A stretch of DNA of 64,000 nt from a virus. Its lineage: Duplodnaviria > Caudoviricetes. Below, one piece after another: positions 21,037 through 30,544 of this stretch (position 1 is the first letter of the stretch; each line of letters opens with the position of its first letter). The position numbers and the translations under genes were made by a program. Under the pieces are notes generated by a model, which was not told the origin of the DNA, did not search any database, and saw only the letters and a program-made list of their open reading frames with translations. The DNA lies in the IMG/VR virus record IMGVR_UViG_2615840593_000003, positions 90,765 to 154,764 of that record. One strand, given 5' to 3'.

Positions 21037-22065
21037 ATGAGTAAAATTACAAAAATACGATATTTCACTAAAGAAAAGCTAAACAAAGTAAATCCTGACA
21101 ATGTGAAGTTGTATGATAAATATTTAAAAAGTAATATACAGAAAAATAGAGATGTCAAGGACACAACTTACAAAGTATACAAGAACTACTTCAATCAATT
21201 TTTAGTATACCTTATGGAAGAATGCGACAACATTAACCTATACGATGAAGACTTTTTAGAGGATGCTGTTGATATTATGGAAGGCTTTATTAGCTTCTGT
21301 CAAGAAACTCTTGGTAATAATAAAAAAGTAATTAACACTAAACTAAGTGTAATTTCTAGCTTCTATAATTGGTCTGAAAAGAGACAATTTATTGATAAGC
21401 ATCCATTTGCAAATAAATTGGAACGGATGAAAGGTGCTAACGAGGAAAGTATCATCACATCTCATTATCTCACTCAAGAAGAGATTGATATGATTACAAA
21501 TGGATTAATTGAAGATAAAAGATATGATATTCAAGATAGACTTATTTGGAACATCATGATTCAATCTTGCAATCGTGTAGGAGCTATTTCAAAGTTAACT
21601 TTATCATCTTTAGATTTAGAAGGAATGTTATTTGAAGATATTCGTGAAAAGCGTGGATATAAAGTTGAAGTAATATTCGAAGAAGATACTAAGTCTTTAA
21701 TTGAAGAATGGTTAGAGATACGTAAAGAAATGGATAGCTCTGAAGTAGATGCATTATTTATAACTAAACATAACGGCGAATATCGACAAATGGTTAAAGA
21801 GACAATTCAATGGAGAATTAAACGTTTCGGTGAAATTATTGGAATCGATGATTTTCGTTCACACAGCATTCGCAAAACTGCACTAAATCAAATTTATGAA
21901 ACAACTGGAGACTTAGCTTTAGCGGCCGAAATGGGCAATCATAAATCTGTAGAGACCACTCGACAATCATATATTAAACCTGCATCCAAAGCCGATGTTC
22001 GTAAAAAGATCGCTAAGTTAAAAGAAGAGAAAGCTAAAAAGAAATTAGAAGAAGCAAATACATAA
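21037..22065 (+). CDS. tyrosine recombinase (XerC/D-like)
   Basis: Catalytic set R (CNRVG), K, HSIR, GNH, Y (RQSY); N-terminal core-binding domain. Confidence 0.9.
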   Translation: MSKITKIRYFTKEKLNKVNPDNVKLYDKYLKSNIQKNRDVKDTTYKVYKNYFNQFLVYLMEECDNINLYDEDFLEDAVDIMEGFISFCQETLGNNKKVINTKLSVISSFYNWSEKRQFIDKHPFANKLERMKGANEESIITSHYLTQEEIDMITNGLIEDKRYDIQDRLIWNIMIQSCNRVGAISKLTLSSLDLEGMLFEDIREKRGYKVEVIFEEDTKSLIEEWLEIRKEMDSSEVDALFITKHNGEYRQMVKETIQWRIKRFGEIIGIDDFRSHSIRKTALNQIYETTGDLALAAEMGNHKSVETTRQSYIKPASKADVRKKIAKLKEEKAKKKLEEANT

Positions 22066-22156
22066 ATAACTGAACTACTCCCCTACTCTTTTTAGGGGTT
22101 TACTTGAGTTATTTATATGATATCAGGTTTTTATTTAACAAAATACATAAATACAC

Positions 22157-22185
22157 TTGAAATAATTTAACTCTCCTGTTATTAT
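22157..22185 (+). promoter_or_regulatory. putative sigmaA promoter (TTGAAA-17-TATTAT, extended TG)
   Basis: Consensus spacing upstream of the antirepressor gene. Confidence 0.55.
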
Positions 22186-22255
22186 TGATTTGTAGGTAAG
22201 AATTTCACATGACATCTACTAATTAATAAAATACATAATTCAAGGGAGAGATTCA

Positions 22256-23179
22256 GTGACAGAAATTAAACTATTTCAAAGTGGTATGGTAAAAAGCAAG
22301 GACAGAGAATTTACTCGTCTAGTCGGTGGATTTAATGAAAAAGAAAGTATAATTACAACTAAACAAATTGCAGAGTTGATGGGTTATGAGAACAGTATAG
22401 TTAATAGAACTATAAAAAGAAATTTTGAATCATTTGAAGAAAACGTTGATATCATTGACTTGAAATCTGCTATGCCTGAGTGGCAGAGCGAAATTGGGTA
22501 TACTAAAAATGCTTTTAATGCTAGTAAGAATATCTACATTTTATCAAAATCTGGATTCTTACTCTACTTAAAGTTTGCTGAAGGTGAAAAAGCTGTTGAA
22601 GTTTACAAAGACTTCTTAGAGGATTACTTCCAGACTAAAGCCGAAAACGAACATATGAAAACAGGCATTCATGATCAGATTGAAAAGTGGAAAGAAAAGA
22701 AAGCTCTCGCATTTGGTATGAGTATTATGGCTAAGTCAGATGATGACAGGTTAAAGTATTTAACTGATGTTGAGGAAGCTGATACTCAAATTTTAGAATT
22801 AGAAAAACTCTCTTCTAAGGAAGAAGTCATAAAAAGTTTACAGTCTAAAATTCATATGAGCGAATTGATTGAAAATACAAACGATCATTACGATATCGGA
22901 AACTTTGCTAAGATAATAAGTATCAATGGTCTTGGTAGGAATAATTTATTTAAATGGTTACGTGAACAAAAGATTCTACAAGGTGATAATATCCCCTACC
23001 AGAAATACATGAATTACTTTAAAGTCATCCCTGTCGTAAATCAATTTGGTAAAACAAACAATAAGCCTTTACTGAAATCAAAAGGTGTAGACTTCCTAGT
23101 TAAAAGATTAATTAAGGATGGTAAAATTGTAACCAAAACTGTTAGTCAAATACTTAATGAATTACCTCAAGCGAATTAA
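22256..23179 (+). CDS. phage antirepressor (ORF6N-like N-terminus + KilAC/ANT C-terminus)
   Basis: GGFNE..KQIAEL..IYILSKSG; C-terminal GRNNLFKWLR..PYQKY..KGVDF. Confidence 0.8.
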   Translation: MTEIKLFQSGMVKSKDREFTRLVGGFNEKESIITTKQIAELMGYENSIVNRTIKRNFESFEENVDIIDLKSAMPEWQSEIGYTKNAFNASKNIYILSKSGFLLYLKFAEGEKAVEVYKDFLEDYFQTKAENEHMKTGIHDQIEKWKEKKALAFGMSIMAKSDDDRLKYLTDVEEADTQILELEKLSSKEEVIKSLQSKIHMSELIENTNDHYDIGNFAKIISINGLGRNNLFKWLREQKILQGDNIPYQKYMNYFKVIPVVNQFGKTNNKPLLKSKGVDFLVKRLIKDGKIVTKTVSQILNELPQAN

Positions 23180-23227
23180 TTTAACAAATACATATATTTA
23201 ATTTATAAAACAAAAGGAGATAATTCA

Positions 23228-23428
23228 ATGACAGAAGAACAGTTATTTTTTATCGATGATTTAATTCATATGTTATCAGATACATGTCAAGATAAGAGTG
23301 AATCTTATGAAATTATTACGACTAATAAGAACGGCAAGGGTAGACGAGTGCTTAGTCGTGAAGAATATTTAGAGCATGTTATTTCTACAACGATCGAAGA
23401 CTTAAGGAAATATGTTTCATCATGTTGA
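23228..23428 (+). CDS. hypothetical protein
   Basis: AAGGAG RBS, 66 aa. Confidence 0.6.
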   Translation: MTEEQLFFIDDLIHMLSDTCQDKSESYEIITTNKNGKGRRVLSREEYLEHVISTTIEDLRKYVSSC

Positions 23429-23485
23429 TTACATGAAGCACATAAAAAGGTGAGAAAATAATCACTCTCACCTTTCTTATTAAAA

Positions 23486-23930
23486 TTAATAAATATCAAT
23501 TACATTAATTTTGACAATTTCAACTACTTTCATATCCAATTCAAAGAAGAATGCTTCATCCTTGAACATAAAGTTTTGAATTGTAATATTGTCAGGTTTA
23601 AGTAAATTATCAATATCATTAAGTAGATCATCGTGTACATTTTCAATCGATACACATAAATCAAATTCAGCTCTCCCCTTCTTTATTACGTTGAAGGTAA
23701 AGTAATTGGTGAATTTGTATGTAGAGTTAGGTAGGCTATTTATTGACATATTAAAGTTTTCGATACTGAAATCTAAGTGGTTATCTTCGTCATAATTGTA
23801 TTCTTGGTAGATGACTTCAAACGTTTTAATTTTACCATTTTCATAAATTGGCTTTCCCATTAGCTCAACTTGTGATGGAATATTACCTTTTGCAATAAGT
23901 TTGATTGATGCGATTAATGTATTCATTTTC
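23486..23930 (-). CDS. hypothetical protein
   Basis: Minus-strand ORF; AAGGGGAG RBS at about 23933-23941 favours a start near MKMNTL rather than 23986. Confidence 0.55.
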
Positions 23931-24058
23931 ATTCTCCCCTTCTTTTGTGAATTATATTGTGTACGTTTGTACGTATTTAAGTACAAATAAAATGTATCAT
24001 GAACTGAAAAATTATGTCAATACATTTCTGTACGGAAATTCGTAAATAAGATATAATC

Positions 24059-24307
24059 ATGTTAAGTACTTTTAGGATGGAGCGTTTAGTTACTATGAGA
24101 ACAATAGAAGTTAAACTTAAACAGCTAATGAAAGAAAACAATCTAACCCAAGAACAACTATCTGAGATGACTGGTATTAGAAGAGCGACCATTAGTGAAA
24201 TTAGTACAAATGGAAAAACTGCAATGAATAGAGTACATTTGACTCGTATAGCAGAAGTATTAGAAATTGACGACATACGAGAACTTATAGACTTTAAAGA
24301 AGAATAA
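24059..24307 (+). CDS. XRE/Cro-C1 family HTH regulator
   Basis: LTQEQLSEMTGIRRATISEI; likely start ATG 24094. Confidence 0.85.
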   Translation: MLSTFRMERLVTMRTIEVKLKQLMKENNLTQEQLSEMTGIRRATISEISTNGKTAMNRVHLTRIAEVLEIDDIRELIDFKEE

Positions 24308-24511
24308 TAAGTTAATATAATCTTGAATTTATATTCCCCTATTGTATGTAAATGTATCTTGGTATTATTTTGAATAATTGTGAAATTTAGTAAAAAAGAA
24401 CTACTTTTACAAAATTAAAATTGAATATAAACGCCCTCTTTTTACAGCAAATAAAATAAAATCACATCAAAAATATAACATAATTACAGAAATACGTAAA
24501 TATGTAATAAA

Positions 24512-24540
24512 TTGAATTCTATTCCTCTTGTGCATATAAT
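24512..24540 (+). promoter_or_regulatory. sigmaA promoter TTGAAT-17-TATAAT
   Basis: Near-perfect consensus upstream of the second XRE gene. Confidence 0.65.
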
Positions 24541-24566
24541 GATTTTTAGTAGATTTTTATATACAT

Positions 24567-24809
24567 TTGAGGTGTAGAATATTGATAAAATTAACAATTG
24601 ATAAAGCAGCTAGTTCTAAAGGAGTTAGTTCTCAAAAAGAATTGAGGGAATTGATCATAGAAAAAACTGGAGTAGAATTACGAGCAGCTACTATTTCAGA
24701 TTTATACAGAAACAATAAAAACCAAATTAACAGAGAACACCTTTTTGCTGTAATGGACGCATTAGAAATAACAGATTTCAATGAAGTACTTACAATAAAG
24801 AGGAGATAA
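24567..24809 (+). CDS. XRE/Cro-C1 family HTH regulator (paralog)
   Basis: LRAATISDLY..INREHL..ALEITDFNEVL, similar to 24059 product. Confidence 0.8.
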   Translation: MRCRILIKLTIDKAASSKGVSSQKELRELIIEKTGVELRAATISDLYRNNKNQINREHLFAVMDALEITDFNEVLTIKRR

Positions 24810-24884
24810 CTTCAAAATCTTTCATAAATTACATAAACATGTTATCATTTAACCAAGAGTATGCTTATTCTTGGAGGTGTTTTT

Positions 24885-25397
24885 ATGCAATTTAGGAAGT
24901 ATTTTTTATTCATTATTTTATGTGCAACCATTCTGTTAACTGCTTGTGGGAAAGAAAGTGATGAAAAAGCGAGTGCTAGTAGTGAAGCAAAAGTAGATTT
25001 ATCAGGATACCCTATTGGTGTACAAGAAGCGAAAGTTTCACTTGAATATTTCACTATTTTAGATGAAACTATGACAGAGTATTTTACTATTGACAAGAAT
25101 ATTAAAAATCTAGTTAGCAATGATGCTGAAGCTAAGAAGGAACTATACAGGGATTACTTGTTGTATATAAACGGTTTAAATTACGCTTTGTCAAATGATG
25201 TTGAAAAGGAAATTGATAATTATTTCTCTTCATTTCTTTATAACACTAAACATTGGGCAGAATACAGAATTAAAAATATCGATACTAAATCTAGTTCGGA
25301 TAATTCTGTAGCAAGTGATTATTTTACTAATGCTAAAAATGATATGATGATGGTTACTGAAATCATGCAAAAATATCAATTGTTCCATGAGGATTAA
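24885..25397 (+). CDS. lipoprotein (moron; possible superinfection exclusion)
   Basis: GGAGG RBS then MQFRKYFLFIILCATILLTAC lipobox. Confidence 0.7.
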   Translation: MQFRKYFLFIILCATILLTACGKESDEKASASSEAKVDLSGYPIGVQEAKVSLEYFTILDETMTEYFTIDKNIKNLVSNDAEAKKELYRDYLLYINGLNYALSNDVEKEIDNYFSSFLYNTKHWAEYRIKNIDTKSSSDNSVASDYFTNAKNDMMMVTEIMQKYQLFHED

Positions 25398-25485
25398 AAT
25401 CAGTGAAATTTATACAAATAAAAAGAAGAAGTTGAGTGATTTATTTCGCTCGCCTTCTTTTTATTTTGCAAATTAATAAAGGAGG

Positions 25486-27786
25486 ATGAAAATGGCTACC
25501 AATAACCCAATCGAATTGCTAATTGCATTAGGAGTTAACGATGCTAAGTCCAGAAGCAACATTCAAAGCTACTTAGACAATATAAAAAAAGATTTAAAAT
25601 TAGATGTTGAATTAAATGCAATAAAAGGCAATGGGAACACCTTTGATAATATGCGTAAAAAAATTGAGTCTTTACAAAAGCAAGTATCTCAATTAAATCA
25701 AGAGCTAAGTAATATAGGTATGGGTAAGTCTCACTCCCCTACCCTATCTCAAGGAATCAAACAAGATGTTGTAGAGTCAATGAAGTCTCTGGATCAGTTG
25801 AAGAATCACATCAAACAGCAAAATGGTGAATACAGAATTAAGACCGTTGTAGATGCACAAGGATTAGAGAAGATTGATTCTGTTGTTACAAGAGTTAAAA
25901 CTGGTTTAAATCAGATTCAGGAAACGCATCTGAAGCCAATATTAGATACTAATAACCTAGTCGTGGGATTGAAGCAAGTAGGTCAAACTGTTCACGATAT
26001 CAGCTCTAAAGATTTAAAATTGAATGTTTCTAAAGGTATTGAAGAGTTAAATAAGTTTGCTCGACAAGGTGAATTATCTAAAGAACAATATGAGAAGTTT
26101 AAAAGCAGTATATCTTCTTCAATCAACAATACTGAGCTAAGTAAAGTTCTGGAATCGATGAGGAGTATCAACAAAGAAACTGCTCATGAAAACAAGATGC
26201 AAAATTCAATGGCTAATATTAACCAACAAGCTATTGAATTATCTCAAAAGCTAAATCAGTTTACTAAAGATAAAAATAACGCTTTCGATCCCGTTATTGT
26301 AGATAAATTTATTGGCAAATTGGATAAATTAGCAGGTGTAAATTTTGATTCAGTTAAAGGTATGAAATCTGCTAATAATGACTTCTCTTCCGTTGAAAAA
26401 GAAATAAATACATATATTAAGCTACAAGAAAAATATAAAGATGTTACGGATAATTTAGAATTACTTCAACGTCAAGGTAAAATTACATCATCTGATTTAG
26501 CTAAATTCACTCAAGATGCGAAGGTTGCTAATACTGTAACTGAGTTAAACAATTTAAATAAAGAAATAAATAAATTTGCTAAGAATACACAAATTGACGC
26601 TCAAACGTCAAATGCTTTTAAGAATATTGGTAATGAAGTTGAACAATTAAATAATAAATTTAAAAATGTTACAAACAAGTTCACGGTATCTCCAAATAAT
26701 ACTTTATTTACTCAGATCAAATCAGATATTTATTCTATCAATAGTATGAAGATCAATACACCTGAATGTATTAAAACTCTTAATAAATTGATTACTGATA
26801 CGTCTAAGAATATTCGACAACTCGGACAAGACAGTAACAATTTACAGCAATTTGAAACTAAGACTCGTGAAATAAATACCTTGCTACAACAAATGAAAGA
26901 GTCTGGATTACTTACTAATAAAGAAATACATAAGTTTACTGATTCATTATCAAGAATTGAAACTGGTAATTTAGCTAATGTTAATAACCTGTTAACTCAA
27001 ATGAGTGATAAGTTTAATAAGTTAAAATCCAGCGAAAAGAATTTAGATACATTTGAAAAACAGCAAAATTCGCTTTCTCGACTTAACAGTGAGTTAACTA
27101 GAACTGAAAAACTTTTTCCTCGTACAATGGATAAATCCAAAGCTGAAGAGTTAAGAAAAGAAATTGAGAAGCTTAGTAAGTTAAACCTTATTAATCCAAC
27201 TGCATTAAAAGATAACCAGAAAGAAATAGATAAATTAAAAGAAAAAGTTAAACAGTTTAACGCTGAATCTACTCAGGCTTCTAAAGGCTCTACAGGAGTA
27301 CTAGAGGCGTTTGGTGTGGCAATGCAAAAATTCCCAATTTGGATGTCGGCAACAACGATTTTCTATGGAGCTGTTCGCACAGCCAAGGAATTTGGAACTG
27401 TATTGGTTGATATTGATTCTAAATTAGTATCCATTCAAAAAGTAGTAGATAACGGTACAGATATGGGTGCAATATTTGATAGAGCAACTCAATCTGCTGA
27501 GAAATTTGGACAATCAATTTCTCAAGCGTTAGATGCCTATATCGAATTTGCACGACAAGGATATAAAGGTGCTGAGTTAGGGACTCTTGCAGACGCAGGT
27601 TTAGTTGCTTCTAATGTAGGCGAGATCTCAGCACAGCAAGCAAGTGAGTACATGACGGCAAGTCTCGTGCAATGGAAGAAAGATGCATCAGAGGCTATGG
27701 GTATTATTGATAGTTGGAATAACATTTCCAACAATTTCGCAACAACGACAGAAAAGTTAGCTCGTGGTCAAGCTCGCGCAGGCGCT
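25486..27786 (+). CDS. tape measure protein, exon 1
   Basis: Coiled coil followed by TP901-type core (FARQG..NNFATTTEKLARGQARAGA), cut off by group I intron. Confidence 0.9.
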
Positions 27787-28061
27787 TAATAAAATAGGCA
27801 TTCGTAGAAGCGATTCTACGTCTAAACTTCCCTAAACGGTGGAACTCTCTTTGAGACAATACCGTGCTAAATCGAAATAAATATTTTCGTAAATGCCGAA
27901 CGACTAGTAAGACCTATTTATATAGGCATACACTACAAGCTAATGGTAGTGGAAATGGGAAGGCTCTCAATGAGAGTTTGATATAGTCTACTCTTTATGG
28001 TGACATAAAGCAGTTCATAAGAGAACGATATAAGTTTTGCGAACTTATATGAATATAAAGG
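27787..28061 (+). ncRNA. group I intron 1 (275 nt, no ORF) in tape measure gene
   Basis: Exon ends in U with P1 GCU/AGGC; P AAACGGTGGAA, Q AATACCGTG, R CGACTA, S ATATAGTC; terminal G; removal restores the frame. Confidence 0.9.
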
Positions 28062-28142
28062 ACTGCCAATGCTATGGGACTTGAGTATGACCAACTCAAT
28101 GCAATTATCGGAACCGTTACAGCGTCAACCAAACAATCGGGT
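28062..28142 (+). CDS. tape measure protein, exon 2 (27 codons: TANAMGLEYDQLNAIIGTVTASTKQSG)
   Basis: Continues the TP901 core between RAGA and DEVGNFVK. Confidence 0.9.
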
Positions 28143-28550
28143 AAACTTTATCGCCCCTTTGCACAGCAATGTGCATAGCAAACCCTGAATATGCTGGGAA
28201 CTCCTTAGAGCCATCATTAGTAGTTATATTTAGAAATTTATATAACACCTCAAAATATGAAGGATTGGACAATCAGCAGAGATAGACCTAAGTGTAATTT
28301 ACATATGGTAAGCTCTCAACGACTATCAAGGGGTAACTCATAATTAAATTAAAATTAATCACATTCCACTTTTTAATAAACAAAATACATAAAATCATAT
28401 TTTTACATTGTGCATAATTATATATTATGTTAATATTTAACTATAGGGATTGATTAGGGAGTAGTTAACCTAATTGACAAGTAAAGCCTCCTAACTTTAC
28501 TTCCATATTTAATATAATTAGGAAAATTACTGTAGGAGGTAATTTAATTT

Positions 28551-30392
28551 ATGTGTGAAAATACATATGTAAACATTCAAACTAGTGAAGTTTTAGACTT
28601 AAACAGACTGGAAGATATAAAATCTAATGCATTATTAAAACACTCCCCTCACCTATTCGAAGAATGGGATTTTGAGAAGAATAATGAATTGGGATTGGAC
28701 ATATACAATGTTACAAAAGGTAGTCAGAAAAAAGCTTGGTGGTACTGTACTAAATGTAAAAGTAAGTATGATATGGAAGTAGTATACCGCAAAAAAGGTT
28801 CTAATTGTCCATTTTGCTCAGGAAGAAGAGTGAACAATACGAATTCATTAAAAACTATTAAGCCATTATTGGCTGAAGAATGGGATTATGTCAGAAATAA
28901 CAAGTCACCAAGCGATGTTACATGTAATTCTAGAGAAGTTGTATGGTGGAAATGCATAGACTGCAAAGAGTCATATGATATGGCAGTTTATAATAAATCA
29001 AAAGGTAAAGGCTGTCGTTACTGTAGTGGAAGAACAGTATCGTTATCAAACTGTCTTGCAACTAAAGATTTAAAGTTAGCAAAAGAATGGCATCAGAAGC
29101 TAAACGGCGAATTAACTCCTTATGATGTTACTTGTGGAGAAAGTAGAGTTGTTTGGTGGCTATGTCCAGATTGCGAAAGTTCTTATAACATGAGTTTAAA
29201 TGACAGAACTTCTAAAAAATGCAATTGTCCTTATTGTAATGGTCGAAGAGTAAATATAACAAATTCTTTAAAGTCAATGAACACTGTAATAGCATCTCAA
29301 TGGCATCCAACAAAGAATGGTGATTTGACTACAGAGAGTATACATTATCATTCTTCTGAAGTTGTCTGGTGGTTAGGAGAATGTGGTCATGAATGGGAAA
29401 ACGCAGTAAGGAATAGGAGATTTGGAAATGCAGATTGTCCAGAATGTAGTAAATTATCTAATAAAGCACCTCACATTGCACGTCTCTTACTTAATAAAAG
29501 TGAATCATGTGAATTCACTGTAGGCAGTAATAAAAAGGTTGACTGGCAATGCGATTGCGGACAAATAGTAAAAAATAAAACTATAAATGAAATTTGTAGT
29601 AAGGGTTATTTACCATGTGCGAATTGTTCAGATGGCAAATCGTATCCTGAAAAGTACATGTTCACTGTTTTAAAATTATTGAAGGTGGATTTTGAATGGG
29701 AGAAAGTTTTTGAGTGGTCGAACAACAAAAGGTACGATTTTTATATAGAATATTTAGGAAGTAAAATATTAATAGAATGTCACGGCATGCAACACTATGA
29801 ATCTAGTTTCGAATACTTAGGCAGTAGAACACTAATAGAAGAAATAGAAAATGATGCAGTTAAATATAAAATGGCAATCAGTAATGGTATAGATAAATAT
29901 ATTATTATTGACTGTAGAAAATCTTCATCTACATTTATAAAAAACTCCATACTAAACAGTGAACTAGTTAAGATATTTGATATAAAAAACTTAGAATGGA
30001 ATAAAGTTTCATTATTGGCAGAAAAAAGCCTAGTATTATACATCAATGAAATATGGAACAATGGTAACAAGAGTATAAAAAATATATCTAAAGAGATGAA
30101 TTTATGCTCAGCCACTGTAACTTCGTATTTAAAAAGAGGTATGGAAAATGGGTGGAATGATTATTCTCCTAATAAATCAAGGAAAAATGGCAGTAAGTCA
30201 AGAAAGAAGGAAATTGTCAAGATTGATTACGATACTATTGTTATTTTTGAAAGTGCTAGTAAAGCATACCTTGATACCAACATAGACTCTTCTAGTATTA
30301 TTGCAGTTTGTAGAGGTAAGAGAAAAACAGCAGGTGGATTTAAATGGATGTATCTAGAGGATTATGAAAAAGAATATGGAAAACTTTCATGA
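28551..30392 (+). CDS. intron-encoded putative homing endonuclease (zinc-ribbon repeats + Vsr/DUF559-like nuclease + NUMOD1)
   Basis: Repeated WWxCxxC..CPxC units; RYDFYI..IECHGMQHY; C-terminal IIAVCRGKRKTAGGFKW. Confidence 0.75.
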   Translation: MCENTYVNIQTSEVLDLNRLEDIKSNALLKHSPHLFEEWDFEKNNELGLDIYNVTKGSQKKAWWYCTKCKSKYDMEVVYRKKGSNCPFCSGRRVNNTNSLKTIKPLLAEEWDYVRNNKSPSDVTCNSREVVWWKCIDCKESYDMAVYNKSKGKGCRYCSGRTVSLSNCLATKDLKLAKEWHQKLNGELTPYDVTCGESRVVWWLCPDCESSYNMSLNDRTSKKCNCPYCNGRRVNITNSLKSMNTVIASQWHPTKNGDLTTESIHYHSSEVVWWLGECGHEWENAVRNRRFGNADCPECSKLSNKAPHIARLLLNKSESCEFTVGSNKKVDWQCDCGQIVKNKTINEICSKGYLPCANCSDGKSYPEKYMFTVLKLLKVDFEWEKVFEWSNNKRYDFYIEYLGSKILIECHGMQHYESSFEYLGSRTLIEEIENDAVKYKMAISNGIDKYIIIDCRKSSSTFIKNSILNSELVKIFDIKNLEWNKVSLLAEKSLVLYINEIWNNGNKSIKNISKEMNLCSATVTSYLKRGMENGWNDYSPNKSRKNGSKSRKKEIVKIDYDTIVIFESASKAYLDTNIDSSSIIAVCRGKRKTAGGFKWMYLEDYEKEYGKLS

Positions 30393-30420
30393 GTAGGGCT
30401 AACTCCCCTACTCTTTTTTT
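30391..30420 (+). terminator. intrinsic terminator inside intron 2, after the endonuclease
   Basis: GAGTAGGGCTAACTCCCCTACTC followed by TTTTTTT. Confidence 0.75.
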
Positions 30421-30544
30421 ATTTATCTCACCTTATTAAGCAGTGGAATGTGATTAAAGGTGATTTATATTATGAGTTAATGGTATAGTCTACTCCCACT
30501 TCTTTGTGAAGTGTTAAAATATAGCGAAAGCTAGGGTATATTTG

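Larger units (their letters stand above)
28143..30544 (+). mobile_element. group I intron 2 (2402 nt) with endonuclease ORF in P8 loop
   Basis: P1 GGGU/GCCC; P ATGCTGGGAA, Q AATCAGCAG, R CGACTA, S GGTATAGTC; P8 AACTCATAAT/ATTATGAGTT and TTAATCACATTCCACT/AGTGGAATGTGATTAA flank the ORF; terminal G 30544. Confidence 0.9.

Noticed and set aside
21037-22255. att or dif site next to the tyrosine recombinase
   Set aside because: No Xer-type 28-bp site recognised, and the polar motif does not switch strand here
23933-23941. TCCCCT copy at 23935 as evidence for the polar motif
   Set aside because: It is the RBS of the minus-strand gene, so it is not independent evidence; the other copies are not explained this way
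27787-28550. Pseudogene, frameshift or plain intergenic gap in TMP
   Set aside because: Group I core elements and exact frame restoration explain the region
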